This document shows, one piece after another, positions 31,911-41,098 of a stretch of DNA of 64,000 nt. The notes beneath the pieces are model-generated. The model was not told the origin of the DNA and made no database searches. It saw only the letters and a program-made list of their open reading frames with translations. How positions within the stretch are numbered: position 1 is the first letter of the stretch; each line of letters starts with the position of its first letter. This DNA comes from Actinomycetota bacterium. GTDB lineage: Bacteria; Actinomycetota; Acidimicrobiia; Acidimicrobiales; VFJN01. Made by a program: the position numbers and the translations under genes. The stretch is taken from NCBI GenBank assembly GCA_049325515.1, contig JBMOLI010000010.1, forward strand, positions 49,602-113,601, in the 5' to 3' direction.

Positions 31911-33286
31911 GCGTCTTCCGTTCCGTCGGCGACCTCGGTGGTCGCGGTGTCGTCCTCGTCGTCGCTGTCTACCGGGAGCTCGAGCTCGCTGCGGTCGATC
32001 GTCGCACCGTCGGGATCGAGCACCTCGGCCCGTTCCAAGAGCCACTCGAGCGCCTTGCGCTTCTTGATGTCGGAGCGTACCGCCGACAGTTGGCCGACGC
32101 GCTCGAAGCGGGCACGAACCTCAGCCGCGTTCTGCCCGACCCGGGCCGCCACCCCGTCGATCTCCGCGGCGAGGTCGTCCTCGGTGCACTCGATGCCCTC
32201 GGCGTCAGCGACTGCACGCAGAGCCAGGTCGACCTTCACGCCCGCCGTCGCCGTGTCGCGCAGCTCCTGGCTGAAGGTCTGCGGGTCGGCACCGGTCATG
32301 GCCAGGTACTGCTCGAGCTGCATGCCCTGGGCCTGAAGGCGCAGGGCGAGGTCTTGCAGGCGGTCTTGCATCTCGTGGCTGACCAGGGCTTCTGGCAGCT
32401 CATCGGTGACGAGGGCTGCGAGCGCCTCGCCGACCTTCTCGCGCAGCACCATCTGCGCCTGAGCCTTGCGGACGCGTGTCATGCGGTCAGCCAGGCTGGC
32501 CCGCAGCTCGGCCAGCGTGGCGAACTCGGAGGCCTGGGCCGCCCACTTGTCGGTTGGCTCCGGGAGGACCTTCTCCTTGACCTCCTTGACCTGCACCTCA
32601 AAGTGCAGCTGGCGGGACTCGTCCGGGTCGGGGTGGGTGGCCTCGAACGACAGCGTGTCGCCGGCCTTGGCCCCCCGCAGCGCCTCGTCGACTTCTGGGG
32701 TTATGGCCCCCGAGCCAACCGTGTAGCTGTAGTCGTCGGCGGTGAGGCCCGCCTGCGGCTCGCCGTCGAGCGTGCCGGCGACGTCGATGGTGACCGTGTC
32801 GCCGTCGGTGGCCTCGCGGTCGACCTCTTCGAGGGTGCCGTCGAGCTCTCGCATGCGGTCGATCTGAGCGTCGATGACCTCCTCGTCGACCGCCGGCCGA
32901 TCCATGGTCACGGACAGGGCGCCGTAGCCGGGGACCTCGATCGTGGGACGCACCTCGACGACGGCCTCGAAGGCAACGTCGCCGCCATCGTGACCACCAG
33001 TGATGTCGATCTCAGGGGGAGCGATGACGTCCACGTCATGCTCGATGACAGCCGCCGAGTAGTACTCGGGGAGGGAGTCCTGGAGGGCCTGCTCGCGGCC
33101 CACGAGGGGCCCGAGGCGGGTCTCGAGGATCCGGCGCGGGGCCTTGCCCGGACGAAAGCCCGGTATGCGGACCTCCTTGGCGATCTTCTTGAAGGCCGCC
33201 GTCACGGCCTCCTCGAACTCGCCGGCCTCCACCTCGACGGACACCTTGACCTTGTTCCCCTCGAGGGGTTCGACCGTGGATCTCAT
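31907..33286 (-). CDS. tig: trigger factor
   Basis: Internal ATG start ([19 protein letters not shown]...[15 protein letters not shown]). The upstream part of the long ORF runs antisense through two tRNA genes and is not coding. Confidence 0.93.
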   Translation of the reverse strand: MRSTVEPLEGNKVKVSVEVEAGEFEEAVTAAFKKIAKEVRIPGFRPGKAPRRILETRLGPLVGREQALQDSLPEYYSAAVIEHDVDVIAPPEIDITGGHDGGDVAFEAVVEVRPTIEVPGYGALSVTMDRPAVDEEVIDAQIDRMRELDGTLEEVDREATDGDTVTIDVAGTLDGEPQAGLTADDYSYTVGSGAITPEVDEALRGAKAGDTLSFEATHPDPDESRQLHFEVQVKEVKEKVLPEPTDKWAAQASEFATLAELRASLADRMTRVRKAQAQMVLREKVGEALAALVTDELPEALVSHEMQDRLQDLALRLQAQGMQLEQYLAMTGADPQTFSQELRDTATAGVKVDLALRAVADAEGIECTEDDLAAEIDGVAARVGQNAAEVRARFERVGQLSAVRSDIKKRKALEWLLERAEVLDPDGATIDRSELELPVDSDDEDDTATTEVADGTEDA

Positions 33287-33374
33287 GCGAACGGCGAGTG
33301 TATCGGCGGGGGTGTGACCCCTTGACACGGCGTTTCGGGGCCAGTTCCACGCCCCCACTAACCTCGGCGCCGTC

Positions 33375-33447
33375 ACGGGGAGTGGCGCAGTGGTAGCGCA
33401 CCTGCTTTGGGAGCAGGAGGTCGGGGGTTCGAATCCCCCCTCCCCGA
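33375..33447 (+). tRNA. tRNA-Pro (anticodon TGG)
   Basis: Cloverleaf read by eye: acceptor CGGGGAG/CTCCCCG, anticodon loop TTTGGGA, T-arm GGGGG-TTCGAAT-CCCCC. Confidence 0.9.
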
Positions 33448-33528
33448 CTCGTGCGCGGCAATGATGCCGGAATGTCCATGGAGCGTTGGAGCGCCGCGCA
33501 CCGAGACGGCTACGGTCGCCGGGAACCT

Positions 33529-33603
33529 GCGGGCGTAGCTCAACGGCTAGAGCCCCAGCCTTCCAAGCTGGTGGTGCGGGTTCGATTCCCGTCGCCCGCT
33601 CCA
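33529..33603 (+). tRNA. tRNA-Gly (anticodon TCC), CCA encoded
   Basis: Acceptor GCGGGCG/CGCCCGC, anticodon loop CTTCCAA, T-loop TTCGATT, 3' TCCA. Confidence 0.9.
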
Positions 33604-33674
33604 GTACACGCACGAGGTGAGTCGCCCTGAGAACGCCCGAGAAGCTGATCCTCGCCGCCGCCGCTGCCCTGGCG

Positions 33675-33995
33675 GTGGCCGGGAGCGCGCTCGCGATCGT
33701 TCAGCCCGGCGACCTTGGTGACGAGGACTCGGCGCAGCCGGCCGAGTCGACGACCACGACCAGCCCTCCCACCGACCTCACGACTTCATCGACCATCGCG
33801 GTGACGACGACCAGCGCTCCATCCGGCGAGACGACCACAACGATCGCTGGGAGCGGCCTCGGGGTGTCGGAACCACCCTCCGGCGGTGCGGATGGCGCCG
33901 CCGGCACCGGTGGCGAGTCGATGATCGGGCTGGGAATGGCGCTGCTCGGGCTGGGGCTGCTCCTGAGGCGAGGCCTTCGCCTGCAACCCGCCTGA
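33675..33995 (+). CDS. small Thr/Ser-rich protein with C-terminal hydrophobic anchor (hypothetical)
   Basis: Low-complexity T/S/P-rich body. C-terminal MIGLGMALLGLGLLLRRG. The first canonical start is the GTG at 33675; an upstream hydrophobic stretch in frame has no canonical start. The stop lies 6 nt before the next gene. Confidence 0.35.
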   Translation: MAGSALAIVQPGDLGDEDSAQPAESTTTTSPPTDLTTSSTIAVTTTSAPSGETTTTIAGSGLGVSEPPSGGADGAAGTGGESMIGLGMALLGLGLLLRRGLRLQPA

Positions 33996-34000
33996 CCCAG

Positions 34001-35494
34001 GTGGGGCCCCTGACCCCCCGCGCTCGAGCGCACCTGCTGGTGGCGGGCGTCGTCGGTGTCGCGCTGACGACACAGACCTTGCGACAGCTGTGGTCGTCCG
34101 ACGTCTGGCAGCACGCCGCCTCGATCGGCGCCTTCGAGGCACACCCCTTCGACCCCAACCACCCGCTCTCGGTCGGCCTGGTCGATGACCCCTACTTCCT
34201 CAACCCTTGGGGCTTCGTGTGGGGGCTCTTCTCGCGCCTGACAGGGCTCGACGTCTTCTCCACGCTCGTGGTGTCGGGCCTCGTCAACATGCTGCTCATC
34301 GGCACCGGCCTGTACCGCCTCACCACACGCTTGTCCGCTGCGCCGCTGGCCCCGGCGTTGGCGATCGTGTCCCTCCTACTGCTGTGGGGACCCACCCCTT
34401 GGCGCTGGAGCGGCTACCCGAACCTCAACTCGATCGGCTTCGGGCTCCCCTATCCCTCGTCCTTCGCGCTGGCGCTGTTCCTCTTCGGCGTCGCCGCCGC
34501 GATCGACATCGCCCGGGGGCCGAGCAAGCCCGCGATCATCGTGATGCTCACCTGCGTCACCCTCGCGGTGCTCAGCCACGCCCTGACCGGCGCTGCGCTG
34601 ATCCTCAGCACCGTGGCGATCACTGTCGCGCCACCGGCCTACGGGTCAACTGCACGGAAGCGGATCGTTGTCGTCGCCGGCATCGTGACCGTGAGCGTCG
34701 GCCTCGCGCTGCTGTGGCCCTTCGGCCACCTGTGGGATCTCGCAGGCGCGCCCGCCGCGTTCGACGACATCAACCGGAGCGTCAACCGCAACCTTGCGGG
34801 CGGCGCCATCTGCGCACTGCTGGTCGCGCCGCTGGCGCTCACGCGAGTGGCGTCCATCGGCGCGTGGCCCCTGCGCGCGATGTTCTTCGCGAACGCGACC
34901 GTCGCAGCCGTCGGCTTCCTCGGGGGGCCCACGTCCGCTGGAAGGTTTCTGCCGTTCGCGCTGCTCGCCGTGCAGCTCGCCTTCGCAGACGTGCTGGCGC
35001 GCTCGCTCGAGCGGTCCGATCACCGGGCCGCCATAGGGGTCGCAGCCGCCTTGCTGCTGGCAGTCGGTCTTGTCGGCTCGCGTGGTGCCCTGGCGCGCCT
35101 CATCCCCAGCCAGGTGCTCACGACCACGCTCGAGGAGGACGACCGGCTCGGGCGCGCAAGCCGAGCCGCGGCACGAGTACCGCAGATCCCCGTCGACGAC
35201 CCGGTCGCGATCGCCGGCGATGGTGTGGATGCTCGTCTGCTCGTGGCCAACGGTGTCCGTGTCGTCTCGCCCCCGTATCCCGTCGCCACGCTCTCAGAGC
35301 GCGAGCTGGCGCGTCGTGCCAGTGACTCTGACCGCTTCCTCAGCGCGTCCGCCGGCGATCAGCGAGCGATCCGCCAGCGCTACGACGTGGACGTGCTCGT
35401 CGTACCGCACGACACGCCCAGCGCGCTGCAGCTAGGGGCGCTCATCGCGTCGAGCCCCACGATGTGGGTCATCGATGTGTCGGGCCTCGACTGA
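34001..35494 (+). CDS. polytopic membrane protein, possibly a GT-C-type glycosyltransferase (function unproven)
   Basis: Roughly 10 or more hydrophobic segments across 497 aa, with a soluble C-terminal region. No diagnostic motif recognised. Confidence 0.5.
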   Translation: MGPLTPRARAHLLVAGVVGVALTTQTLRQLWSSDVWQHAASIGAFEAHPFDPNHPLSVGLVDDPYFLNPWGFVWGLFSRLTGLDVFSTLVVSGLVNMLLIGTGLYRLTTRLSAAPLAPALAIVSLLLLWGPTPWRWSGYPNLNSIGFGLPYPSSFALALFLFGVAAAIDIARGPSKPAIIVMLTCVTLAVLSHALTGAALILSTVAITVAPPAYGSTARKRIVVVAGIVTVSVGLALLWPFGHLWDLAGAPAAFDDINRSVNRNLAGGAICALLVAPLALTRVASIGAWPLRAMFFANATVAAVGFLGGPTSAGRFLPFALLAVQLAFADVLARSLERSDHRAAIGVAAALLLAVGLVGSRGALARLIPSQVLTTTLEEDDRLGRASRAAARVPQIPVDDPVAIAGDGVDARLLVANGVRVVSPPYPVATLSERELARRASDSDRFLSASAGDQRAIRQRYDVDVLVVPHDTPSALQLGALIASSPTMWVIDVSGLD

Positions 35495-37786
35495 CCGACC
35501 GCTCGGCTCTCCGCCCGTCGCGCCGCTCACCCTCGAGCGGTACCGCTCGGCGGGGCGCGCCGGTGATGGCACCTCGGGGGCATGGTCCACCAGGTCGATG
35601 ACCGACGCACGGGGGGAGGCGCTCGTGGTCTTGAGGTGGAGCGTGAACTCAGCCCCGTCACCAGCCTCGCTCTTCACGGTCAGCTCGGCCCCCATGCTGC
35701 GCGCCAGAGCCCGCGAGATGTAGAGGCCGAGGCCAGTGCCTGCCTTCTGCTTGGCGGTGTCCAGCCGCTCGAAGCGCTCGAAGATGCGCTCCTGTTCGTT
35801 GGCCGGGATGCCGGGACCCCAGTCACGTACCGAGACCACGACCCCGTCCTCGCCTTCGCCACGCACCTCGATGCGCACAGGCCCGTTCCCGGCGTATGTC
35901 AGAGCATTGGAGAGGAGGTTGACGAGGATCCGCTCGAACGAGAGGAGGCTTCCGTGAGCTCGCCAGGCACCCCCACCGGTGTCCACTTCGATGTGGGAGG
36001 CGGGCCAGGATTCTTGCACCTCCTCGACCACACGCCCGACGACCTCGCGGATGTCCAGCTCGGTCGGGATGAGATCCGCGGACCGGCGAGCGTCGATGCG
36101 CGTCACCTCTAGCAGGTTCGAGACGAGGCGCTCGAGACGGCGGGTACCACGACGGATGCGACCCAGAGCCTCCGAGCGCATGTCGTCGGAGATCCCGCTG
36201 CGCGGATCGAGCAGCTCGGTGAAGCCCCGGATGGCCACCAGCGGGGTGCGGAGCTCGTGCGACACCGTCCCGATGAAGTCGTCCTTCATCTGATCGATCT
36301 CCTTGGCCCGCGTGACGTCGCGGGCGACCACCACGAGCGTCGCGCCGCCGGCCCCAACCGCGGAGGAGCAACCGAGCCAGCGGTCGCCGCCGGTTGCTGT
36401 GTTGATGAGGACATCCTGAGGGATGCCGACCTCCATCCAGTGCTCGAACCAGATGCGGTTGCCCTGAGCATCGCGCGGCCGGAACCGCGACATCCCAGAC
36501 GTGCCGACGATCTCGGACGCGGGCACACCCGTCATCTCCTCCATGGCCGGGTTCCAGCTCTCGATCACGCCGGCGGCCCCAACCGTGAGTATCCCGTCCG
36601 AGGAGCGGCCGACGATCTCGGCGAGGTTGGCGCGCTCATCGACGATCACACCGAGGAGTGCGCTCTTCTCGAGCGCGCGGCTGACGGCGTCAGCGAGCGC
36701 GACCATCACGGCCTCCTCGCCTTCCTCGAACCCCTCGAAGCCCGTCTTGTCGTATGAGGCGAGGACGCCCACCACGTTGCCATCACGCGTGAGCGGTGCA
36801 GCGATGACGTCGCTTCTCCCCGCAGCGACGAGCGCGGATGCGATGACGCTGTCTGGGCCGGTCGACGACGCGCGGCACGGAACGCCCGCCAGGGCCAGGA
36901 TCCGCCCCAGATCGACCGCCAGAGCGTCGTGCGTGCCGCGCGCCCCCGCGGTCAGCACGCTCGGCGGGTCGAACACCACGAGCTCGACCGAGGCCGACGA
37001 GAACGCCCCTCGAACGTCCTCCAGGAACAGCGCGAGCGAATCCTTCGGATCGATTGGAGCAGCTAGCCGTGCCACAGCACGCGCAAGACCATCGAGGCGT
37101 GCGCGGTCTGCTCTCATCGAGAGGAACGCCTGGTGGCTCCTCCGCACGAACGCGAGCGGTCCGAGCAGGAGAAGGGCCGTGACAGGGCTGGCAACGACGG
37201 CCGCAGCGAAGACGACGCCGAGCGCGGCGTTGATCGACCAGATGACGCCATGCGGCAGGTAGCTGGGCGCTAGGTCTGCGAGCACCTGCCGCATCGGGGC
37301 TCGGCGCACCAACCTCAGCACGCATGCCATCGCGATCTCGTTGGTGGCTGCGAAGACGAGCAGCGCCACGACAAGCGCGGGGATGGTCGAAGCGGTGCCA
37401 GCACGATCGCCCGCAAGCGATCTGTAGACCAGGCTCGCCATCCCGACGGCGGCGCACCACTGCGCGACGTTGAAGATCGCCTTGGTGCGATCGATGCCGA
37501 GTCGGTGCTGCGAGATGCCCTTCGAGACGACCGCGAGGGCTACTGCAGGCGGCCCCGAGAACGTGATCAGGACCGGCGCGAGCACCGCTTCGAAGACGTC
37601 GACGGCGCGCACCTCGTCGCCGTATTGGAACTCGACCTGCAGCGACTCCGCGATGACCAGCGCCAGCGCCAGCGGCGCGAGCAGCCACAGCTCGGCGACT
37701 GGTCCGCTTGCGTAGGCACCTCCGACAGCACCCAGCACGAAGAGCGCGGCTGCCAAGCCGTGCACGGAGCGAGATCCCACCGCCAT
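35432..37786 (-). CDS. sensor histidine kinase (multi-TM, GAF-like, PAS, HisKA, HATPase_c)
   Basis: H-box VSHELRTPL, N/G boxes NLLSNALTY, RDWGPGI and GTGLGLYISR. PAS-like segment IVGRSSDGILTV. N-terminal membrane domain. Confidence 0.85.
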   Translation of the reverse strand: MAVGSRSVHGLAAALFVLGAVGGAYASGPVAELWLLAPLALALVIAESLQVEFQYGDEVRAVDVFEAVLAPVLITFSGPPAVALAVVSKGISQHRLGIDRTKAIFNVAQWCAAVGMASLVYRSLAGDRAGTASTIPALVVALLVFAATNEIAMACVLRLVRRAPMRQVLADLAPSYLPHGVIWSINAALGVVFAAAVVASPVTALLLLGPLAFVRRSHQAFLSMRADRARLDGLARAVARLAAPIDPKDSLALFLEDVRGAFSSASVELVVFDPPSVLTAGARGTHDALAVDLGRILALAGVPCRASSTGPDSVIASALVAAGRSDVIAAPLTRDGNVVGVLASYDKTGFEGFEEGEEAVMVALADAVSRALEKSALLGVIVDERANLAEIVGRSSDGILTVGAAGVIESWNPAMEEMTGVPASEIVGTSGMSRFRPRDAQGNRIWFEHWMEVGIPQDVLINTATGGDRWLGCSSAVGAGGATLVVVARDVTRAKEIDQMKDDFIGTVSHELRTPLVAIRGFTELLDPRSGISDDMRSEALGRIRRGTRRLERLVSNLLEVTRIDARRSADLIPTELDIREVVGRVVEEVQESWPASHIEVDTGGGAWRAHGSLLSFERILVNLLSNALTYAGNGPVRIEVRGEGEDGVVVSVRDWGPGIPANEQERIFERFERLDTAKQKAGTGLGLYISRALARSMGAELTVKSEAGDGAEFTLHLKTTSASPRASVIDLVDHAPEVPSPARPAERYRSRVSGATGGEPSGRSVEARHIDDPHRGARRDERP

Positions 37787-37815
37787 CTACCCGCCTCTGG
37801 TCGCTTGCCTGCTGG

Positions 37816-39372
37816 CTATTGCCAGCTCGTCCCTTGCCAGGAAGTCCCTTGCCAGCTGGTGCCCTGCCAGGAAGTCCCTTGCCAACTCGTCCCTTGCCAA
37901 CTCGTGCCCTGCCACGAGGTCCCTTGCCAGCTGGTGCCCTGCCAGGAGGTCCCTTGCCACGAGGTGCCCTGCCAGCTCGTCCCCTGCCACGAGGTGCCCT
38001 CGTACTCGGTGCCCACGAGGTCGGTGGCACTGGGCGAACCGGCCGGGAACAAGATCGGGTGGAAGTTCGACTGGTTGGCCAGGCCGCCCGGGGCCGACAG
38101 CGCGGCTGCGACGTCGATGATCCCGCTACCGGTGTCGTACGCGGACCCGATCGGACGGGCCGTCGCCATCAGGGCGAACTTGACGCGGTCGTTGGTCGCT
38201 GTCGGGTCTGCTTGGTGCAGCAGCGCGGCCGCGCCGGCGACCTCCGGGGCCGAGAAGCTGGTGCCGCTGCCGAGACGGCGCTCCTCGTCGACGAAGTACG
38301 GGTAGCGGATGTCCGCTTCGCTCCCCGGCGACCGCAGCGAGTGGACGCTACGGCCGGGTGCGGCGACGTCGGGCTTGGCCAGACCGTCGACGAGGGTCGG
38401 GCCGCGCGATGAGAACGGTGCGACCGTGTCGTCGTCGATGGAGACAGTGCCGTGGTCATCCGTCGCGCCGACGGTGATCACCCAGGGATCGTCGCCAGGC
38501 TTGGCGATGGTTCCGGCCTCGCTGCCCTGGTTGCCTGCTGCGACCACGACGGTGATGCCGTTGGCCCACACCTGCTCGACGGCGAGGTTCAGCGGATCGA
38601 GTCGGTAGGACAAGCTCGAGTCACTGCGCATCGAGAGGTTGAGGACGTCGATGCCATAGGCCTCGCGGTTTCCGATGACCCACTGAAGCGCGGTGAGGAC
38701 GGTGCTGACGTTCGACGTGCCGTCACGACCCGACAGCTTGATGGCGATCAGGTCTGCCTCTGGGGCGACGCTGTTCACCATGCCCGCGACGAACGTGCCA
38801 TGGCCGAACGAGTCGTCGCACCCGGGCTCCGTCGACAGGTTCACGCAGCGCTGCGTGACGCCCGCTGAGTCGACGACAGGGCGGACCCGCCCGGCAAGCG
38901 CGGGAACATCCGCGATGCCAGTGTCGATCACGGCAACGGTCGTGCCCGCGCCTGTCAGCCCCTGCGAGCTCGCCGCGGTCGCACCGACGACCTCCCGATG
39001 CACCGACGGGCCGACGGTCGTCGCCGTGCCACCGTCGAGCGGGACGACCATATGGTCGCCGGACACCACACGAACCCCCGGGTGCGCCGCAACATCCGCC
39101 AGGGCGCTCGGAGGGATCGTCGCTGCGAACCCGGAGACGATCGGCAGCGGCTTGGTGACCTGACCACCGAGCAGCGAGACGAGGGTCGACGGGCCAGGGT
39201 CGGCCGGGTCGAGCTGCTGGACTATGACGTTGATCGGGGGCGGCGGCGCCGGCACATCAAGCGCTCGCGCTGGCGTGGCCGCCAGACCACCGAGCATCGC
39301 AACGAGGGCGGCCTTGGCCGCGAGGCGGATCATCCTCGTCCTCGTAACTCGCCCTTGCGCCCTTTGATCCAT
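37816..39372 (-). CDS. S8 family (subtilisin-like) serine peptidase with C-terminal (GTSWQ)x12 tail
   Basis: Catalytic triad contexts VAVIDTGI (D), HGTFVAG (H) and GTSFSAPEVAG (S). Signal-like N-terminus (MIRLAAKAALVAMLGGLAATPARA). Start taken at the ATG at 39372; 39333 is also possible. Confidence 0.85.
   Translation of the reverse strand: MDQRAQGRVTRTRMIRLAAKAALVAMLGGLAATPARALDVPAPPPPINVIVQQLDPADPGPSTLVSLLGGQVTKPLPIVSGFAATIPPSALADVAAHPGVRVVSGDHMVVPLDGGTATTVGPSVHREVVGATAASSQGLTGAGTTVAVIDTGIADVPALAGRVRPVVDSAGVTQRCVNLSTEPGCDDSFGHGTFVAGMVNSVAPEADLIAIKLSGRDGTSNVSTVLTALQWVIGNREAYGIDVLNLSMRSDSSLSYRLDPLNLAVEQVWANGITVVVAAGNQGSEAGTIAKPGDDPWVITVGATDDHGTVSIDDDTVAPFSSRGPTLVDGLAKPDVAAPGRSVHSLRSPGSEADIRYPYFVDEERRLGSGTSFSAPEVAGAAALLHQADPTATNDRVKFALMATARPIGSAYDTGSGIIDVAAALSAPGGLANQSNFHPILFPAGSPSATDLVGTEYEGTSWQGTSWQGTSWQGTSWQGTSWQGTSWQGTSWQGTSWQGTSWQGTSWQGTSWQGTSWQ
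37819..37998 (-). repeat. 12 tandem 15-nt units encoding GTSWQ
   Basis: The units differ at synonymous sites: Gly GGG/GGC, Thr ACG/ACT/ACC, Ser AGC/AGT/TCC/TCG, Gln CAA/CAG. All twelve translate to GTSWQ, and the last is followed directly by TAG. Confidence 0.95.
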
Positions 39373-39657
39373 GCGCTTGCTCACGGTGCGTCCCCCTCCA
39401 GGTGCGTCGCGTGCTGCACTTCGCATTGTTGGGTCGTGAGGGACGTCAGTCCATGGCCCGAAGTGGTCAATCGTCCATGGCCACGACCGCCAGGATGGGT
39501 GAGACAAGACGCGCAAACCAACCGATCACCGCTGAGTTGGACCGACCCGGACTAGCCACTCGAGCTGCTCGGCACGCCTCCGACTCCCTACAGACGGTGG
39601 CGGAGCGGTCGGGACTGTCGCATCTGCCAGGTACGCCCATGGGTAGTCTCCACAACG

Positions 39658-39731
39658 GCCCTCGTAGCTCAGCTGGATAGAGCAGGTCACTTCTAATGAC
39701 GAGGTCGCAGGTTCGAGTCCTGCCGAGGGCG
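39658..39731 (+). tRNA. tRNA-Arg (anticodon TCT)
   Basis: Acceptor GCCCTCG/CGAGGGC, anticodon loop CTTCTAA, T-arm GCAGG-TTCGAGT-CCTGC. Confidence 0.9.
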
Positions 39732-39810
39732 CACGCGGCCCGCTGCCTCCGGCAAGTGCTTCGTGGTTGATGGGCGCTCCGGGAGGTGGCCTATGCTGAC
39801 CGCTCCCCAT

Positions 39811-39888
39811 GGTGGCCGTAGCTCAGGTGGTTAGAGCGCCAGGTTGTGGCCCTGGAGGCCGGGGGTTCAAGTCCCCTCGGTCACCCCA
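39811..39888 (+). tRNA. tRNA-His (anticodon GTG), with G-1 and encoded CCA
   Basis: An extra 5' G precedes acceptor GTGGCCG/CGGTCAC. Anticodon loop TTGTGGC, T-loop TTCAAGT, 3' CCCA. Confidence 0.9.
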
Positions 39889-39962
39889 ATCAAGTCCGGT
39901 CGCCCACACGGCCGGTAGGCCTTCGTAGCCGGGCGCGCGAGCGCCTAGGCTACGAAGCCCAC

Positions 39963-40036
39963 GCCCCTCTAGCTCAATTGGTCAGAGCGTCGGACTCTTA
40001 ATCCGCAGGTTCTGGGTTCGAGTCCCAGGGGGGGTA
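39963..40036 (+). tRNA. tRNA-Lys (anticodon CTT)
   Basis: Acceptor GCCCCTC/GGGGGGT (two G-U pairs), anticodon loop CTCTTAA, T-arm CTGGG-TTCGAGT-CCCAG. Confidence 0.85.
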
Positions 40037-40044
40037 CACCGCAC

Positions 40045-40078
40045 CTACCAGGGCCGTCCACAGCGAGGGCCCTGGTAG
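40045..40078 (+). terminator. perfect 11-bp stem hairpin immediately after the tRNA cluster
   Basis: CTACCAGGGCC, a 12-nt loop, then GGCCCTGGTAG. It starts 9 nt after tRNA-Lys. There is no clear U-tract. Confidence 0.4.
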
Positions 40079-40275
40079 GGCAAGGGTTCGGCCGGATCGG
40101 CGGTTGGTGGGCCACCGCGTTCATGTCGGCGGCTATCCCGGACTCTGTCGCGCTCGGCGCGCGATCAGCAGCGGCAGGTCCTGCCGAAGGGTCCTCCGAA
40201 TCGGGCCCATCGCCCCTGCCTGTCGTGTCCGATTCGGGCGGACGATGTCGCTGTAGCCGATCAGAGGAGGACCCG

Positions 40276-40980
40276 ATGGTTCGCAAGTCGCTCTGGGCCG
40301 TGCTCGTGGCGGGGTTGATGATGATCGTCGCCCCGTTCGCGCTCGGGTTGCCGTCGAAGGCGAGCGCCGGCCAGAAGATGATGGATGGGTTCCGGCCGAT
40401 CATGCAGCCGGCGAACGTGGAGAAGACAGCGTCTTACTACGACGACACCTTCGTCCCGCTCGGGCAGGTGGTGCCTGCTCTCAGCAAGGAGAACATCGCC
40501 AAGTTCAACGGGTACGTACACGGCTTCACAGCCATGGGCGTCGACGCGCAGAACCTGGTGCCCACCCTCGCGCAGGCCATGAACATGACCGCCGCCCAGG
40601 TGCAGGACTTCATGGTCGCCCAGTTCCCGGCCATGAGCCAGATGCTGCAGGCACTGCCGACCATGGAGAAGGACTTCATGGACCTCATGGGCCTGATGGA
40701 GCAGAACGTGGCGATCTTCGAGCAGGTCCCCGGGGGCCTCGCCCACTACAAGCCCCTGGTGACCACCATGCAGGCGAACGTGGACAACTACCGCCGGGCT
40801 GACAGCCTGCCGAACATGAACCTGTTCACCTGGTTCTTCGTGGTTCCGGGTGTCCTGCTCGTGGGGCTCGCCTGGCTCGGCCTCGCCGGGACTCGCAAGT
40901 CCGAACGTCGGCCCACCACAAAGGCGACGCCGGTGCCGGCCCGCGACGCCGAGAGGGTGCCGGTGTCGTCAGCTCTCTGA
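40276..40980 (+). CDS. Met-rich bitopic envelope protein, function unknown
   Basis: AGGAGG lies 7 nt upstream of the ATG at 40276. N-terminal signal or TM segment and a C-terminal TM segment (LFTWFFVVPGVLLVGLAWLGLAG). About 18 Met in 234 aa, concentrated in AQAMNMTAAQVQDFMVAQFPAMSQMLQALPTMEKDFMDLMGLMEQ. Confidence 0.7.
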   Translation: MVRKSLWAVLVAGLMMIVAPFALGLPSKASAGQKMMDGFRPIMQPANVEKTASYYDDTFVPLGQVVPALSKENIAKFNGYVHGFTAMGVDAQNLVPTLAQAMNMTAAQVQDFMVAQFPAMSQMLQALPTMEKDFMDLMGLMEQNVAIFEQVPGGLAHYKPLVTTMQANVDNYRRADSLPNMNLFTWFFVVPGVLLVGLAWLGLAGTRKSERRPTTKATPVPARDAERVPVSSAL

Positions 40981-41098
40981 CGCTCCCGGCTCGTCGAGAC
41001 GGGCGCACGCCGCCAAGTCGGTGTCGGGTGCCCGTCTTGCGCGCAGCCGCTCCTGATCGATGGTCGAGTCCGATCGGCGCTCGCCCACAGCGCTTGAG

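Noticed and set aside
33451-33500. 9-bp inverted repeat (GTGCGCGGC ... GCCGCGCAC) between tRNA-Pro and tRNA-Gly.
   Set aside because: The loop is about 32 nt and there is no U-tract. It is probably just part of the precursor spacer and is not called as a feature.
33287-33613. N-terminal extension of the trigger factor ORF (the full ORF is 31907..33613).
   Set aside because: The extension runs antisense through tRNA-Pro and tRNA-Gly, giving tRNA-mirror peptides such as GIEPAPPAWKAG. The internal Met gives a canonical trigger factor N-terminus.
35432-35494. 63-nt convergent overlap between the 497-aa membrane protein gene and the histidine kinase gene.
   Set aside because: It most likely reflects stop codons reached late in GC-rich DNA. 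Both C-terminal tails are low-complexity, so this is not treated as a functional antisense arrangement.
37819-37998. Possible CRISPR array or minisatellite.
   Set aside because: The units are only 15 nt, directly abutting with no spacers. They lie in frame inside a coding sequence and are conserved at the peptide level.
37505-38305. Plus-strand ORF with repeated LVPCQEVPCQ.
   Set aside because: It is the reverse-complement reading of the GTSWQ repeat. The minus strand continues into a full S8 peptidase with an intact catalytic triad.
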